A stretch of 64,000 nt of DNA from Vicugna vicugna (taxonomy: Eukaryota). The notes under the pieces are model-generated. The model did not search any database. It saw only the letters and a program-made list of their open reading frames with translations, and had not been told where the DNA came from. Position numbers and translations under genes: made by a program. This document shows, in pieces, positions 13,781-25,445 of this stretch (position 1 is its first letter; each line of letters starts with the position of its first letter). The stretch spans positions 312,001 through 376,000 of the forward strand of contig MU058791.1 in assembly GCA_013265495.1 (NCBI GenBank), given 5' to 3'.

Positions 13781-14289
13781 ATGCTTTTACATTTAAAGCT
13801 AACGAGTTCAAACCCAGAAGACACTTTTAATTTTTTTTGGTGGAGGGGGGAACCTGAGATTCAATAACAAAACAGACCCACTTGAGAAACTGTATAGATA
13901 CCCATGGACCAATGGAATTCATAGCAGATTTACATGGTGTACAATGTTTTGCTGTTTGCATGGAGAGATTTAAGATTGTTGCATTTTTAAGTAGCATTTT
14001 TTCCTTCTTCTATGCTGCATTGATACTTTCATTAGGCTGATGGTGAGAAGGAACCATAGGTTGTGTTTTACTCTGCAAAAATCCAGCCCCATTAGCGTGA
14101 AAAAACGGCAGTTGTAAAGAACTAAGTACATTGGAATCAGGAACTGTTTCATTTATTCAACAGTGTTATGAACAAGAAGTTGTGTTGAAATTACAGGACA
14201 TTTACTTTTACAAGATCCCCTGCCTCTCTGTTCCTCTCTTTTACCTTCATATATATGTTGAATCAAATTCTTGGGCTGGGTCAATGGGA

Positions 14290-14525
14290 AGAGCTCCTGT
14301 GGGGCCATGGTTAAGGTCATTGGCTTCAACGCCTGCCCTTCAAGGTTCGCATCAGTCTGTGTAATCATCAGCAAGTTATTTCAACTCTATAAATTTCCAT
14401 TGTCTCATGGGAGAAATCATAGGGTTGGTGTAAAGAGCAAATGGAACGATCTTTGCAAAGCACTGGGGATGGTGCCTGGTGGAGCGCGAGTGCCAGTAAC
14501 AGCTGTCTGTCATTATTGTCATTAA
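14290..14525 (+). mobile_element. MIR SINE
   Basis: GCAAGTTATTTCAACTCT...AAATGGAACGATCTTTGCAAAGCACT...GTGCCTGG. Confidence 0.6.
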
Positions 14526-14979
14526 TGTCATTGTTGTAGTTCCACGTCCTAGTCTTCCAGGTCCTTACCCTATAGCAGAGGGGTCACACAAGTAGACAGA
14601 CATTCATCTGTGGTGGAGGAGAGGATGGAGGTATTCTAGAAATGGGCACAGTTAGGGAAGTCTTCCTGGAGGAAGCAGTGATCTTACAGGGCACACTGCA
14701 ATGACCAGGGAGAGAACTGTGGGAACACCAACATTTCATGGCCCAGTGGGGGAAGGCAATCTTGGAGAACCTGGGAAAATGTGCTCAGAAACAAAGAAAA
14801 GTCAGCAGAGAGTCTCGGGCTCTAGGATGAGGGGAGATTCAAGAGGGATGAAATAACTGACTGTCAACACATTGGAGAGTTCAAGAAAAATACAACTAGA
14901 CAGTGTCCATTGGATTTAGGGACAACAATGCCATTTGGCTTCCATAAGGTCCATTGCAGCACGTGGTGGGGAAGCAGCC

Positions 14980-15080
14980 CAGTGGTACGCGAGCCAGTGT
15001 TTAACAGCTGGCTCTCCTGTAGCTTCTACCCATTTCTCTGGTGTGAATACTCCCAACATGGCTGATGGAAAGCCACCACC
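14980..15080. mobile_element. MER63-like hAT fragment
   Basis: CAGTGGTACGC...GTTTAACAGCTGGCTCT and GGTGTGAATACTCCCAACATGGCTGAT. Confidence 0.5.
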
Positions 15081-16543
15081 CTAAGGTCTTTCTCTACTTG
15101 ACCATTTAGATGGATGACCTTGGGCTCAGAAAGCAACCTTTTGATCTTAACCTGGTTTCTCAAGTAGACTTTTCTTACTTAAATGAAAATATGCAGTCCG
15201 ATTGACCTGATGTTTTAATACAGGGCACTGGAAGTGTCTAAACCCTGTACTCACTTTAGCTCATTTAATCCTCTAATTAAGTAAAGGGAATGGGTGTTTA
15301 GGGGTGGGGGTGGCTGGAAATGTCGCTTTGGGATTATTGTTTTCTCCGTATCTTCCCTGTTTGGTCACAGGAGTTCATGCCATGCACTAGTCACCTAGGC
15401 ATTGCACCGCGAGCCTCTCGGAAGCGAGGTGACTGACTGGTAGTTTTCCTCAAGGACAACGTGACCCCAGATGGCTTTGGAATAAACGTATTAGTTGAAA
15501 ATACATTTCTACTTTGCAGTGAAGTTATTAGTGCACCAAAGAAAGCATGATTTTTAAAGCCTTCTGACTAAGCCTGGTGCTATTATTTTTTGGAAATGTT
15601 TTATTTTTTCATAATGGCCAAAGCAGTCTGTGCTCATAGAAGGCAAAGTAGGAAAAGCGTAAGCAAAAAAGAGGAAACACACTCCCAGTCCCACCTGTCC
15701 AGAAATCCCCAGTGTTTACGTTGGCATCATTTATGTGAAATATTATCCTTTTTTCCCTCCTGAATATATTAATTAGCATCTGCTGGAGTGGGAGAAGCAT
15801 CATGGCAGGCGGACACGGGTGCTGAGATGACCGAAGATGAGGAACTCCCCCGGCACAGCCATCTGTGTTTCCTGCTCTTGCAAAAGCTGTTTATTAGCTT
15901 CAAGGAAAGAAGTGATTTTCTGTCCCACCTGCATCTGGGTTCTGACCCTGGAGACCACATGTCAGGAGCCCCAAGGGGCTAGCACACCCTTGCTTCAGCC
16001 TTCCTGCGCTGCTTAGCTATCTGCTGTGGCATTTTATTTCTCCCGTCTGGGTGTCTCTGATTCACCAGTGATCAAAATGTTGAACGTTCCCAAAAGACAC
16101 AAGAGACAAAAATACTAGTGATGCTGAAATGTTTCCCACTGGCAAAATCCTTGAAATCCTGATTGTGCCTTTTGGAAATGGAACGGACTGGAATGTGTGT
16201 TTTTCAAACCATTGATTTTGTTGTGTAACATCAATCATTAGATGAGAGCAGTTGATCTATATTTATTTTGAAATGACAATTCAAACTTTTCGACTCCTGC
16301 CTCTCCAACAAGGTCTAGGGCAGACTATTGGACCCTAACAGATTTGATGTATCTCTTTCAATATTATGGGCGCCTCCTAGAATTTGTCATTTTGTAGCAC
16401 GTGTGTGGGTGTGTGAGGTTTTGTTTTTAATTTATGTGAATGGTATTTGTCTATAGAGTCCTTTTTTTTTTTTTTACCATTTGTAGTTCACAATGTTTCA
16501 AACACCTGGCCATGCTGCTATATTTCATTCTAATTCATTGTTT

Positions 16544-17441
16544 TTGTTTTTTTTATTTATTTATCTTCTTTTTACTTGAAGTATAGCTGATTTACAATGT
16601 TGTGTTAGCTTCTGGTGTACAGCATAGTGATTCAGTCAAACATGTATATTCTTTTTCATGTTCTTTTCCATTATAGGTTATTACAGGTTATCAAATATAG
16701 TTCCCTGTGCTCTACTGTAGGACCTTGTTTAGCTAGTCTGTATATAGTAGTTTGTCTGCTAATCTCAAAGTCCCTATTTATCCTTCCCCCTCCACCTTCC
16801 CCTTTGGTAACTGTAAGTCTGTTTTCTATGTCTTTGGGTCTCTTTATGTTTATAAGAAATAAATAAGTTTATTTGTGTCATTTTTTAAATTTCATGTGAT
16901 ATTTGTCTTTCTCTGTTTACTTCACTTAGTTTAATATTCTCTAGGACCATCCATGTGGCTACAAATGGCATTATTTCATCTTTTTTATGGCCGAATAGTA
17001 TTCCATTGTGTATTTTTACCACAACCTCTTTATCCAGTCATCTGTCGATGGACATTTAAGTTGCTTCCATTTCTTGACTATTGTAAATAGCACTGCTATG
17101 AACATTGGGTGCATGTATCTTTTTGAATTGGAGCATTCTCCAGATACATGCCCAGCAGTGGCATTGCTGGATCATATGTTAAAGTCTATTTTTAGTTTTT
17201 AAGGAATCTCCATACTGTTCTCCATAGTGGCTGCACCAAATTACATTCTCATCAGCAATGTAGGAGGATTCCCTTTTCTCCACACCTTCTCTAGTATTTA
17301 TTGTTTGTGGACTTTTGAATGATGGCCATTCTGAGCAGTGTGAGGTGATACACCTTATTGTAATTTTGATTGGCATTTCTCTGATAATTAGTGATACTGA
17401 GCCTCTTTCCATGTGCCTGTTGGCCGTCTGTATGTCTAGAC
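16544..17441 (-). mobile_element. 5'-truncated L1
   Basis: T-rich tail and L1 3' UTR; ORF2-like SLIIREMPIKITIR; approximate TSD CATTGTTTT. Confidence 0.9.
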
Positions 17442-17799
17442 CATTGTTTTCAGCTGCTTCTACCCCATTCTACTCTCCATCTCTCTGGCGATGGATGTCT
17501 GGGGTCCTGCTTTCCTGCCTCCATAAAGGGTTTCACAATACACGCCCTTCTTCATGTCCCTTTGTTGAGTTGGGGGACATTTCCTGGGGCCTGATATTTA
17601 GAAGAAGACACACAGATATTTAATTTCATTAAGTTCTGCCCGATGATTATATTTTTTAGTGAGTACTTACTGAGCACTTCCTGTGTGTGTATCATTCTGT
17701 TGGTGTTGAAAGGGGATTCATGCAGGAGAAACAGGGCATTCTGTTAAGAAGTTTAAAATTCATGTGCTAAGAAAGTAATGATAAAAGGACATGTAAGTA

Positions 17800-18270
17800 G
17801 TAATAAGAACAGTTATCACTTATCATCATTTGCTGCATGCCAGGCCCTTCCACAGATCCTCATAGTCCTCCTAGCCCTGTGGCTGTGAGTGGTTAACTAA
17901 ATTACCCAAGGACGCACTCATGGATGGTGGCGGCGCTGGGGTTTAAATCCCGGTCTCTCTCTTAGTGCAAAGTCTGTGCTCTCATGCCTGGGTGGTACTC
18001 CCTCCTTAGATGAGATGTTGATTTTTAAAGAAGCCATGGAGTCTTGGCATATAGCAGGTACTCCATAAATACTTCGGAACTATTGATTGAAATAATAATG
18101 ACTACTTTTGTTTCAGTAATATCTGCTGAACTGTGTCTGAGTACCTAATGTCTAGTAAACTCTTCAACCTCACAGTAATCTTATGAGGTTGGCATTGTAG
18201 TTCCTCTTTTACTCCCAAGGAGACTAAGGTGTAGAGAGGATGAGTAACTTGACCAAATCCACACAGAGCT
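17800..18270 (-). mobile_element. Cluster of MIR/L2 fragments
   Basis: GTTAACTAAATTACCCAAGG...GGGTTTAAATCCC and GAGACTAAGG...AGTAACTTGACCAAATCCACACAG. Confidence 0.55.
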
Positions 18271-18289
18271 GGATGTTTAAAAAATTAAA

Positions 18290-19760
18290 CTTTTTTTTTT
18301 TGAGATGATTATAGATTCATATGCAATTGTAGGAAATGATACAAAGAGATACCACATGTCCTTTACCTACTTTCCCCCTAGTGGTAACATCTTGCAAAAG
18401 TGTAGTAACATATCATAGCCAGGGTATTAACATTGATACAGTCAAGATATGGAAGGGTTCCGGGATCCCTTCTGCTGCCCTTTTGTAACTCATCCTCTTC
18501 CCTCTGCTCCCACCTCTTCCTTGACTCCTGGCAACCTGTTATCTGTTCCCCATTTCCATGGTTTTATCATGTCAAGGATGTTATATAAATTATGCCTGTA
18601 ATTAACATGTACTTATACATGTAAAATAACATCATAATGTTATACATATGTTACCTTTGGGGATTTTCACAGTCACTCAACATTCCCTGGAAGTTCTTCC
18701 AGGTTGTCACGTGTACCAGGAGTCCTTTCTGTTTTATTGCTGTGTATCCCATGGTATGGGTGTACCAGAGTTTGTTTAATCATTACAGTTGAAGGACATT
18801 TGGGTTGTTTTCAGTTTTTAACCTATTAAAAATAAAGCTGCTTGAATGTCCATGAACAGGTTTTTGAGTAGACATAGATTTTTATTTCTCTGAGATAAAT
18901 GCCCATGAGTTCAATTGCTAGATTGTATGATGATTATCCACTTAGTTTTTTGAGAACCTGTCAAACTGTTTTCCAGAGAAGCTACCATTTTACATTCCCA
19001 CCAGCAACAAATGAGTTTCTCCACATTACTGCCAGCATTCAGTGTTGTCACTGTTTTTTATTTTAGCCATTCTGATAGATGTGTAGCTGTGTCTTATTGT
19101 AGTTTTAATTTGCATTTCCCTAACGACCAATAATGTGAAACATCTCTTCATGTGCTTATTTGCCATCTGTTAGCTTCTTTGGTGAAATGTTTCTTTGTGT
19201 CTTTTTCCCATGTTCTATTTGGATTGGTAGCTTTTTTACTGCTAAGTTTTGAAAATTCAATATAGTTCCAATAGTAATCCTTTGCTGGGTAAGTGGGTTG
19301 CAAATATTTTATCCCACTCTTTTTGTCTTTTCATCCTCTTAACAGGTCTGTCATGGAGCAAAATTTAAAATTTTGATAAAGTCTAATTTATTTTTTTGTT
19401 TGTTTAAAGAGTGTGCTTTTGGTGTCCCATCTAATAACTCTTTGCCTATTTTTAGATCCTGAAGATTTTCTCTTTTTTCCCCTTAAAGTTTGATAATTTT
19501 AACTTTTACATTTAACTGCAGGATCCATTCTGAGTTAATTTTTATACAAGGTTGAGACCCAGGTTGAGATTCACTTCGTTGTTGTTGCCTTTTGCTTTTT
19601 TTTTTTTTGCCTTTTGCTTTAATTACTCCAGTACCTTGTGTTTAGATGACTGTCTTTCTCCATTGAATTGCTTTGCACCTTTGTCCAGAAATCTGTTGGG
19701 CATAGATAGGTGAATTTATTTTTGCATTCTCTTTTCTCCATTGATCTAATCCCTTGTATT
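18290..19760 (-). mobile_element. Old L1M (L1MC-like) fragment
   Basis: Poly-T, TAGATTCATATGCAATTGTAGGAAAT, CATTCCCACCAGCAA, TTAATTTGCATTTCCCTAA, CATTGAATTGCTTTGCACCTTTGTC. Confidence 0.85.
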
Positions 19761-20276
19761 CAACCTTTGCTCTTCTTCTTGATTTTAGTAGGAAATTAAT
19801 ATGTATTCATTGTATCTGGTCAAGTGACAGAGAAACATATGGAAAAAGTTAGTAATTTATGACACTACCTTAATAATCTTTAATTTCTCCACTCTGAGAT
19901 AGCTCATATTAAAATTTTGCTGTTTACCTTTCTTCTAAGCATAAATTCATATATATATCTGTTATTTTTTGTTTTTATTCCATTTTAAGTGAAAGCTACG
20001 TCATATTCATATTAAACCAAAAGTAGCTTTCTGCACTTCACAGTACAAAATGAATGTTTGTGTGTGTCTTTACATTATTTTTAAATTTAATGTTACTTTT
20101 ATCAAAGCAGGATACATAGCTTTAAAAATGAAATAGTAAGAAAAAATCAAATAGTAAGACTAGATTTAAAATGAATAATCATAGTAATTTGTCATTTTCC
20201 TCCCTTTCTTTTGATTTTCTCTCCCCAAGGGGATACATTTTAAACTATTTCTTCTGGTATTTATCTCCAGGTTTCT

Positions 20277-20433
20277 TTTTTTTTTTAACATTTTTTATTG
20301 ATTTATAATCATTTTACAATGTTGTGTCAAATTCCAGTGTTCAGCACAATTTTTCAGTCATTCATGGACATACACACACTCATTGTCACATTTTTTTCTC
20401 TCTGAGTTATCATAACATTTTGTGTATATTTCC
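20277..20433 (-). mobile_element. Young, severely 5'-truncated lineage-specific L1 3' end
   Basis: Poly-T tail; perfect 13-bp TSD TCTCCAGGTTTCT (20264-20276 and 20434-20446); TT/AGAA endonuclease-type site. Confidence 0.85.
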
Positions 20434-20471
20434 TCTCCAGGTTTCTAAACAAAATGTTTCTACTATTTCTT

Positions 20472-20776
20472 TTTTTGGGGGGAGGGTGGAATAAACAGAA
20501 TTTAATAGGTTTCTTTACTACAGGACTTTTAAGAGCTTATACTATGCTAACGTGAATTATAAATTCTATTTATTAAGGTGAGAATTAAATCATCATTAAA
20601 TATAAATTTAAAGAATAGCAACTAAGAGGGTTAGGGTTAGGGTAAAATAAAGAAAGGAAGAGAATATAGCAACTAAAATGCAACTATGCTTTACAATACT
20701 TCAGATTATTAATAGTCTTTCAAAAGGTCATTTCTGCAGGCAGTGATTCTGATGGAGGTTTCAAAACACAATCTGT
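20472..20776 (-). other. TSD-flanked 305-bp non-L1 insertion (probable retrotransposed transcript fragment)
   Basis: Perfect 17-bp direct repeat TGTTTCTACTATTTCTT at 20455-20471 and 20777-20793; short T-run; minus-strand ATTAAA at 20506-20501. Confidence 0.65.
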
Positions 20777-20884
20777 TGTTTCTACTATTTCTTGTTTCAA
20801 AACATCATCTCTTGATGTTGTACTAACTAGAGGATTTGGTCTTTTTAGTCTAACCCTGCAAACACACATGTGCTCGCTATTACG

Positions 20885-21790
20885 TTAAAGCTGTTATCAA
20901 CACTTGTATTCAAGTCTTTGTGTAGATGTATGTCTTTGTTTCTCTTGGGTAAATATCTAAGAGGGGCATTGCTGGGTAACTTGGTAGGTAGTGTGTTTAA
21001 CTGTTTTCCAGAGTGGTTGTACCATTTTCATTCTGTCCAGTAATGTAAGAGAATTTCAGCTGCTTGTCAATCTTTGGTGTGTCAGTATTTTTTAATTTAA
21101 GCATTTTAGTGCACGTGTAGGCGTGACTCATTGTAGTTTTTTTTCAAGTAACCAAATTTATTGGTTTAAGCTGTTTTAGATTTTCAGAAAAATTAAGTAC
21201 AGAGCGTTCCCATACACTCTTACCCTCAGTTTCCTCTATTACTAACATCTCGTGTCAGTGTGATATATTTGCTACAATTGATAAGTCGATATTGGTGCAT
21301 TATTATTAGCTGAAGTCCATAGTTGATGTCAGGGTTTACTCTTTGTGTTGCACATTCTGTGGATTTTAACAGATGTGTAATGACATGTAGCCATCGTCAC
21401 AGAATCGTATAGAATAGTTAACTGCCTTAAAAATCCCCTGTTCCCCACCTTTTCATCCCTCCCTCCCTCCTTCCTCCCTTTCCCTCTCCACCCCTAACCC
21501 AGCAACCACTGATCTTTTTACTGTCTCCATAGTTTTGCCTTTTCCAGAATGTCACAGAGTTGGAATTATACAGGATGTCACCTTTTCGGATTTGCTTTTT
21601 GCTTAGCAATATGCAGTTAAAGATTCTCCATGTCTTTTTGTGGCTTGAGAGCTCATTTCTTGTCAGTGTGGAATAACATTGCATTGTCTGAACATCCCAC
21701 AGTTTGCTTATCCATGTATCTGTTTGAGGGACATCTTAGTTACTTCCTGGTTTAGCAATTATGGATCAAGCTGCTATAAAATGTCATGTG
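20885..21790 (-). mobile_element. Nested old L1M fragments
   Basis: TTTCTCTTGGGTAAATATCTA...TTTTCCAGAGTGGTTGTACCATTTT, then an L1MC-like 3' UTR (AAGTCCATAGTT...GCCTTTTCCAGAATGTCA). Confidence 0.8.
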
Positions 21791-22106
21791 TCTTTTGTTT
21801 GGTGGGGACAGAGGCTGGCTGCCAGCGTTACAGAGTTGGAATTATACAGGATGTCACCTTTTCGGATTTGCTTTTTGGTTAGCAATATGCAGTTAAAGTT
21901 TCTCCATGTCTTTTTGTGGCTTGAGAGCTCATTTCTTGTCAGTGCGGAATAACATTGCATTGTCTGAACATCCCACAGTTTGCTTATCCATGTATCTGTT
22001 TGAGGGACATCTTAGTTACTTCCTGGTTTAGCAATTATGGATCAAGCTGCTATAAAATGTCATGTGTCTTTTGTTTGGTGGGGACAGAGGCTGGCTGCCA
22101 GCGTTA
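21555..22106. repeat. Direct tandem duplication, 2 x 276 bp
   Basis: 21555-21830 versus 21831-22106; 3 substitutions by eye; the ORF track repeats the same peptide at a 276-nt offset. Confidence 0.95.
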
Positions 22107-23595
22107 TGGAACTGAGCTCTCCAGGGACTTGGTTCAGTTACCTGTCTTCTCTGAAGCGTTTCTGCTGCCCCTCAGCGCCATCCGACTCAGTCTCTCTGGA
22201 GCAGGAATCTGGGCTTTCTCCCTGGGTTTGCTCTAGGGCGGGAGAGAGAATCTGGGGGTCTGATCAGCTCCAGCATCTGCAGTTCCCAAACCTCGTGGGG
22301 CTCAGTGATGCCAGCCAGCCTGGCTTTTATTTGCTTTCCACCCCCCCACCCCCATGCCACCCTCAGGCTTAGGCTTTGCAAAGTCTTCTGATCTGTCAGG
22401 TTAGTTACAGCTTGTCCCTCTGCCCCTCTGCTGTCACAGGGTTAGTGACCTGTCCTGATAAATCATTTCTTCTCCTAATCTCTATCTTTCTGCTGTGCCT
22501 AATGAAAAGTCCCGCATTCATTCTTCTTAATAACATCTGTATCAGGTTCTATAATATGAATTATTCATAACATATTGAACTACTTCCCTGTTGATGGACT
22601 TCTGGCTTTTTCTGTATATTTATTTCTCTTCATTTAGGTTTTGCCTCTGCACATCATGCTTTGACAAACCTCCTCCCCCGAGTGTGCTTTCTCACTGGGC
22701 CCTTTTATGTCCATAGAGAATTCCCCCAAGTGGGTGCCATGGATCAGAGGTGTGTATGTTTTCCATTTTAATAGATATTGTCAGATTAATTTTCCAAAAG
22801 TTGGTTGCACTTTACAGGCCCCTGGATTCTGGAGTCCCATTCACTTTCCGTGAGAAAATTAGGGTCCCAGGAGGGCCGAGCCTGCTGCATCATTTTCAGC
22901 AGAGCATTTGCTATTAGCTGATTACTCTTTACTTTTCAATAGCACATTTTGATAAGAATGCTGGATTTTTCTTTCAGTAAGGGGGAAAACAAAAATGCAA
23001 CCAAAGGCTCCTCAGGGTGGCAAAGGAACATTTCCTGTCTGGCTTTCCACGTGGCGCCAGTAGCTCTGACTGGAGCTTTTGCGGACAATCTCCGAACTCC
23101 TCCCTGAAGCCGAGGTCGTCATGGCCTCCAGGAGGGCTGTGGCCACCCGCGGTGCCCCCCGGGAGCTCCGACAGGGACATGCTCCTTTCCCCTGGTGAGG
23201 AGGACATCAGGTGTTGTTCATTCGAGTGACGTGTGTTTGTCTTTCAGGACAGAATGTTCTGTTCCTGTGACCGTTAGAGGCTCAAAGCATTTCTTTTCTG
23301 GACCGTAGTGAACAGGGCCCAACCTCATCTTATTAAGCTTTGCGACCCCTTCCGTCGCCGATTTTGACTTCTCTGATTCGACTCACAAGTTCACGTCTCT
23401 GGACAGTGGAAAGCCTGCCCTTGCAGGTGCCACCTGGTTCCAGGCCCCCAGCACAGAGGGTGCACGGGGACTGCCCCCGGGGAGAATCCACTGACCCAGA
23501 GTTGGAGGCATGAGGAAGACGTCGGAGTGGGGCTGGTGGCCGTGAGCCTGCCAGGGGCGGGGAGCTGCGGGAAGGTCCCCCGGAGGGACTGGGTT

Positions 23596-24224
23596 TGCTA
23601 CCAAACGAACCTACCGATACCAGCTTGTGGTGAAGGAAAGTACAGTGTTTACTGCAAGGCGCCCAGTGTGGGGCCAAGCAGGGAGAGCCGGCAGCTCATG
23701 CTCAAAACACCCCAACTATCTGATTGCTTTCAAGGAAGGGGTTTTCAAGGGAAACTCAGGGATGTGGGTTACAGGGTAACTGACCAGCTGATGCACAATT
23801 CTGATTGGTTGTGCTGAGGTAACAGGATGCTCTTTCTGGAATCTCAGTTATCAGTTTTCTGCCTCCATCCCGTCTGGGGTCTACGTGCTGGTGGTCGACA
23901 TGTAGTTAACTGTTTCCGCCTGGTAGGGGCTTCAGTATCTGCAACACAGCTCAAGGCTACGGCTCAGGATATTATCTGTAGCCGCTGAGGAGGAACTGAA
24001 AGTCCTTGATTTTGGCTGAACTCTTATTATTTTGTCTGGCTTGACTGTTTGCCTTTGTTTCTGCGTTTTCTCACTTCTGTGGTTATATTTGCTCTTTGGA
24101 ACTCGGGGAAGGCCTAGGAGGCTAAAGCTTTTCTGCAAACAAGAGGCAGGGGAAATGGCACATTTGGGGGGGGGGAGTGGGGGTCTGTGTCCAGGAAGAC
24201 CCTGCAGGATCCTGCTTGGTTTCA
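23596..24224 (-). mobile_element. Solo ERV1-class LTR, 629 bp
   Basis: TG...CA termini; 4-bp TSD GGTT (23592-23595 and 24225-24228); CTGATTGG (CCAAT on minus); start TGCTACCAAAC resembles the LTR at 10021. Confidence 0.85.
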
Positions 24225-24669
24225 GGTTCCAGGCCCAGCTCAGAGCTTTCTAGCATCGTGGCCAACAGCAACCCAGATTCTCAAGCATCAGACAGGCCAC
24301 CTGTAGAGCAGTGATAATGACATCTTGTCTGTGTCTGTTAGGTTGTAGGGAAGGAGTGAAATAACGTCTGTAAGAGGAAAAATCCCCTGTGCTGGCTCAG
24401 AGCCCAAGTTGCACATTCTCCCTGTGACTCCACCCCCAGGTCAATCCCAGCTTTCCTGGGGGTGACACCTGGAGCACCACCTCTCTCTTGTGGATACAAA
24501 GATCGGCTTTCCTTTGCTTCCTTACCAACTTGGGTCACCAGCACCTGTCACAGTCCTTAGAGAGTGAGTGTTCAGTAAATAAGTCTCTAGCTTCCTTGCA
24601 GCTTTTGTGACTTTTTAAAAACCATGAGGACATTTATCTTTCATCATCTTCATCACAATGACCTCAGAG

Positions 24670-24965
24670 TCAGTGTCCCTGACTTTTCACTGTGTGCCAG
24701 AATCCCTGATAAGTATTTGGCATTATTATCATTATTATTATATGGACAATATATATTATATCATTATTACATAATTCTTACAATATCACATAACTTTTTA
24801 TTGCTTATTTTGTCCTCACTGCAGCTCCATGAGGCATCCTGAAAGTGCTCCCAGTTTTACGGTCAAGGAAAGTAAGAATCAGAGAGGTTAAGTCATTTGC
24901 CCAGCAACGCTCAGCTGGGATTCAGACCCAGGCCTCTGGACCCACAGCCCGAGCTCTTTGCCTTC
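24670..24965 (-). mobile_element. MIR SINE with AT-rich insert
   Basis: CCCAGTTTTAC...AGGAAAGTAAGAATCAGAGAGGTTAAGTCATTTGCCCA...GGGATTCAGACCCAGG. Confidence 0.7.
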
Positions 24966-25209
24966 ACACCCGGTTTCCCCCTTCATCCTATGACCAAGGC
25001 TGTCCTCACAGCGTTTCCCCCAATGTCACATCACAAGAGGTCATCACAGTCCCTCTGAAGCATCTCCTTGATGTAACATATTAGGGTTGTGGCAGCTGAT
25101 GCTTCAGTCCATGTAAAAAACCGAAGGCGCTTAAATAGATTCTGCCGTATCCTCCCCGCTGGTTTTCTCTCCACCCAGTGTTTTCTCCTTTGAATGCATC
25201 TTCCAGAAT

Positions 25210-25445
25210 TACTTAGTGTAACACATACTATGGTCTAAATTCCTCACCTACACAAACTCATTTGGTCTCCAGAACAACCCAGCAGGGAAGGTACTATTAT
25301 CATCCCCATTTTGTAGGCGAAAAAACCCAGGCACAGAGAGGGTAAGCCACATGCTCAAGGTCCCACAGCTGGAGTCAGTAGCTCTGGGATTCGGACCTTG
25401 GAAGTCTGACTTCGAGGTCCAGAGTCCAAGCTCTTCATTCCTGTG
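25210..25445 (-). mobile_element. MIR SINE
   Basis: GGTACTATTATCATCCCCATTTTGTAG...GGCACAGAGAGGGTAAG...CTCAAGGTC. Confidence 0.75.

Noticed and set aside
21555..22106. CRISPR-like or duplicated-gene interpretation of the repeated peptides
   Set aside because: It is a simple two-copy tandem duplication of L1-derived DNA in a mammalian intron, with no spacers or cas genes.
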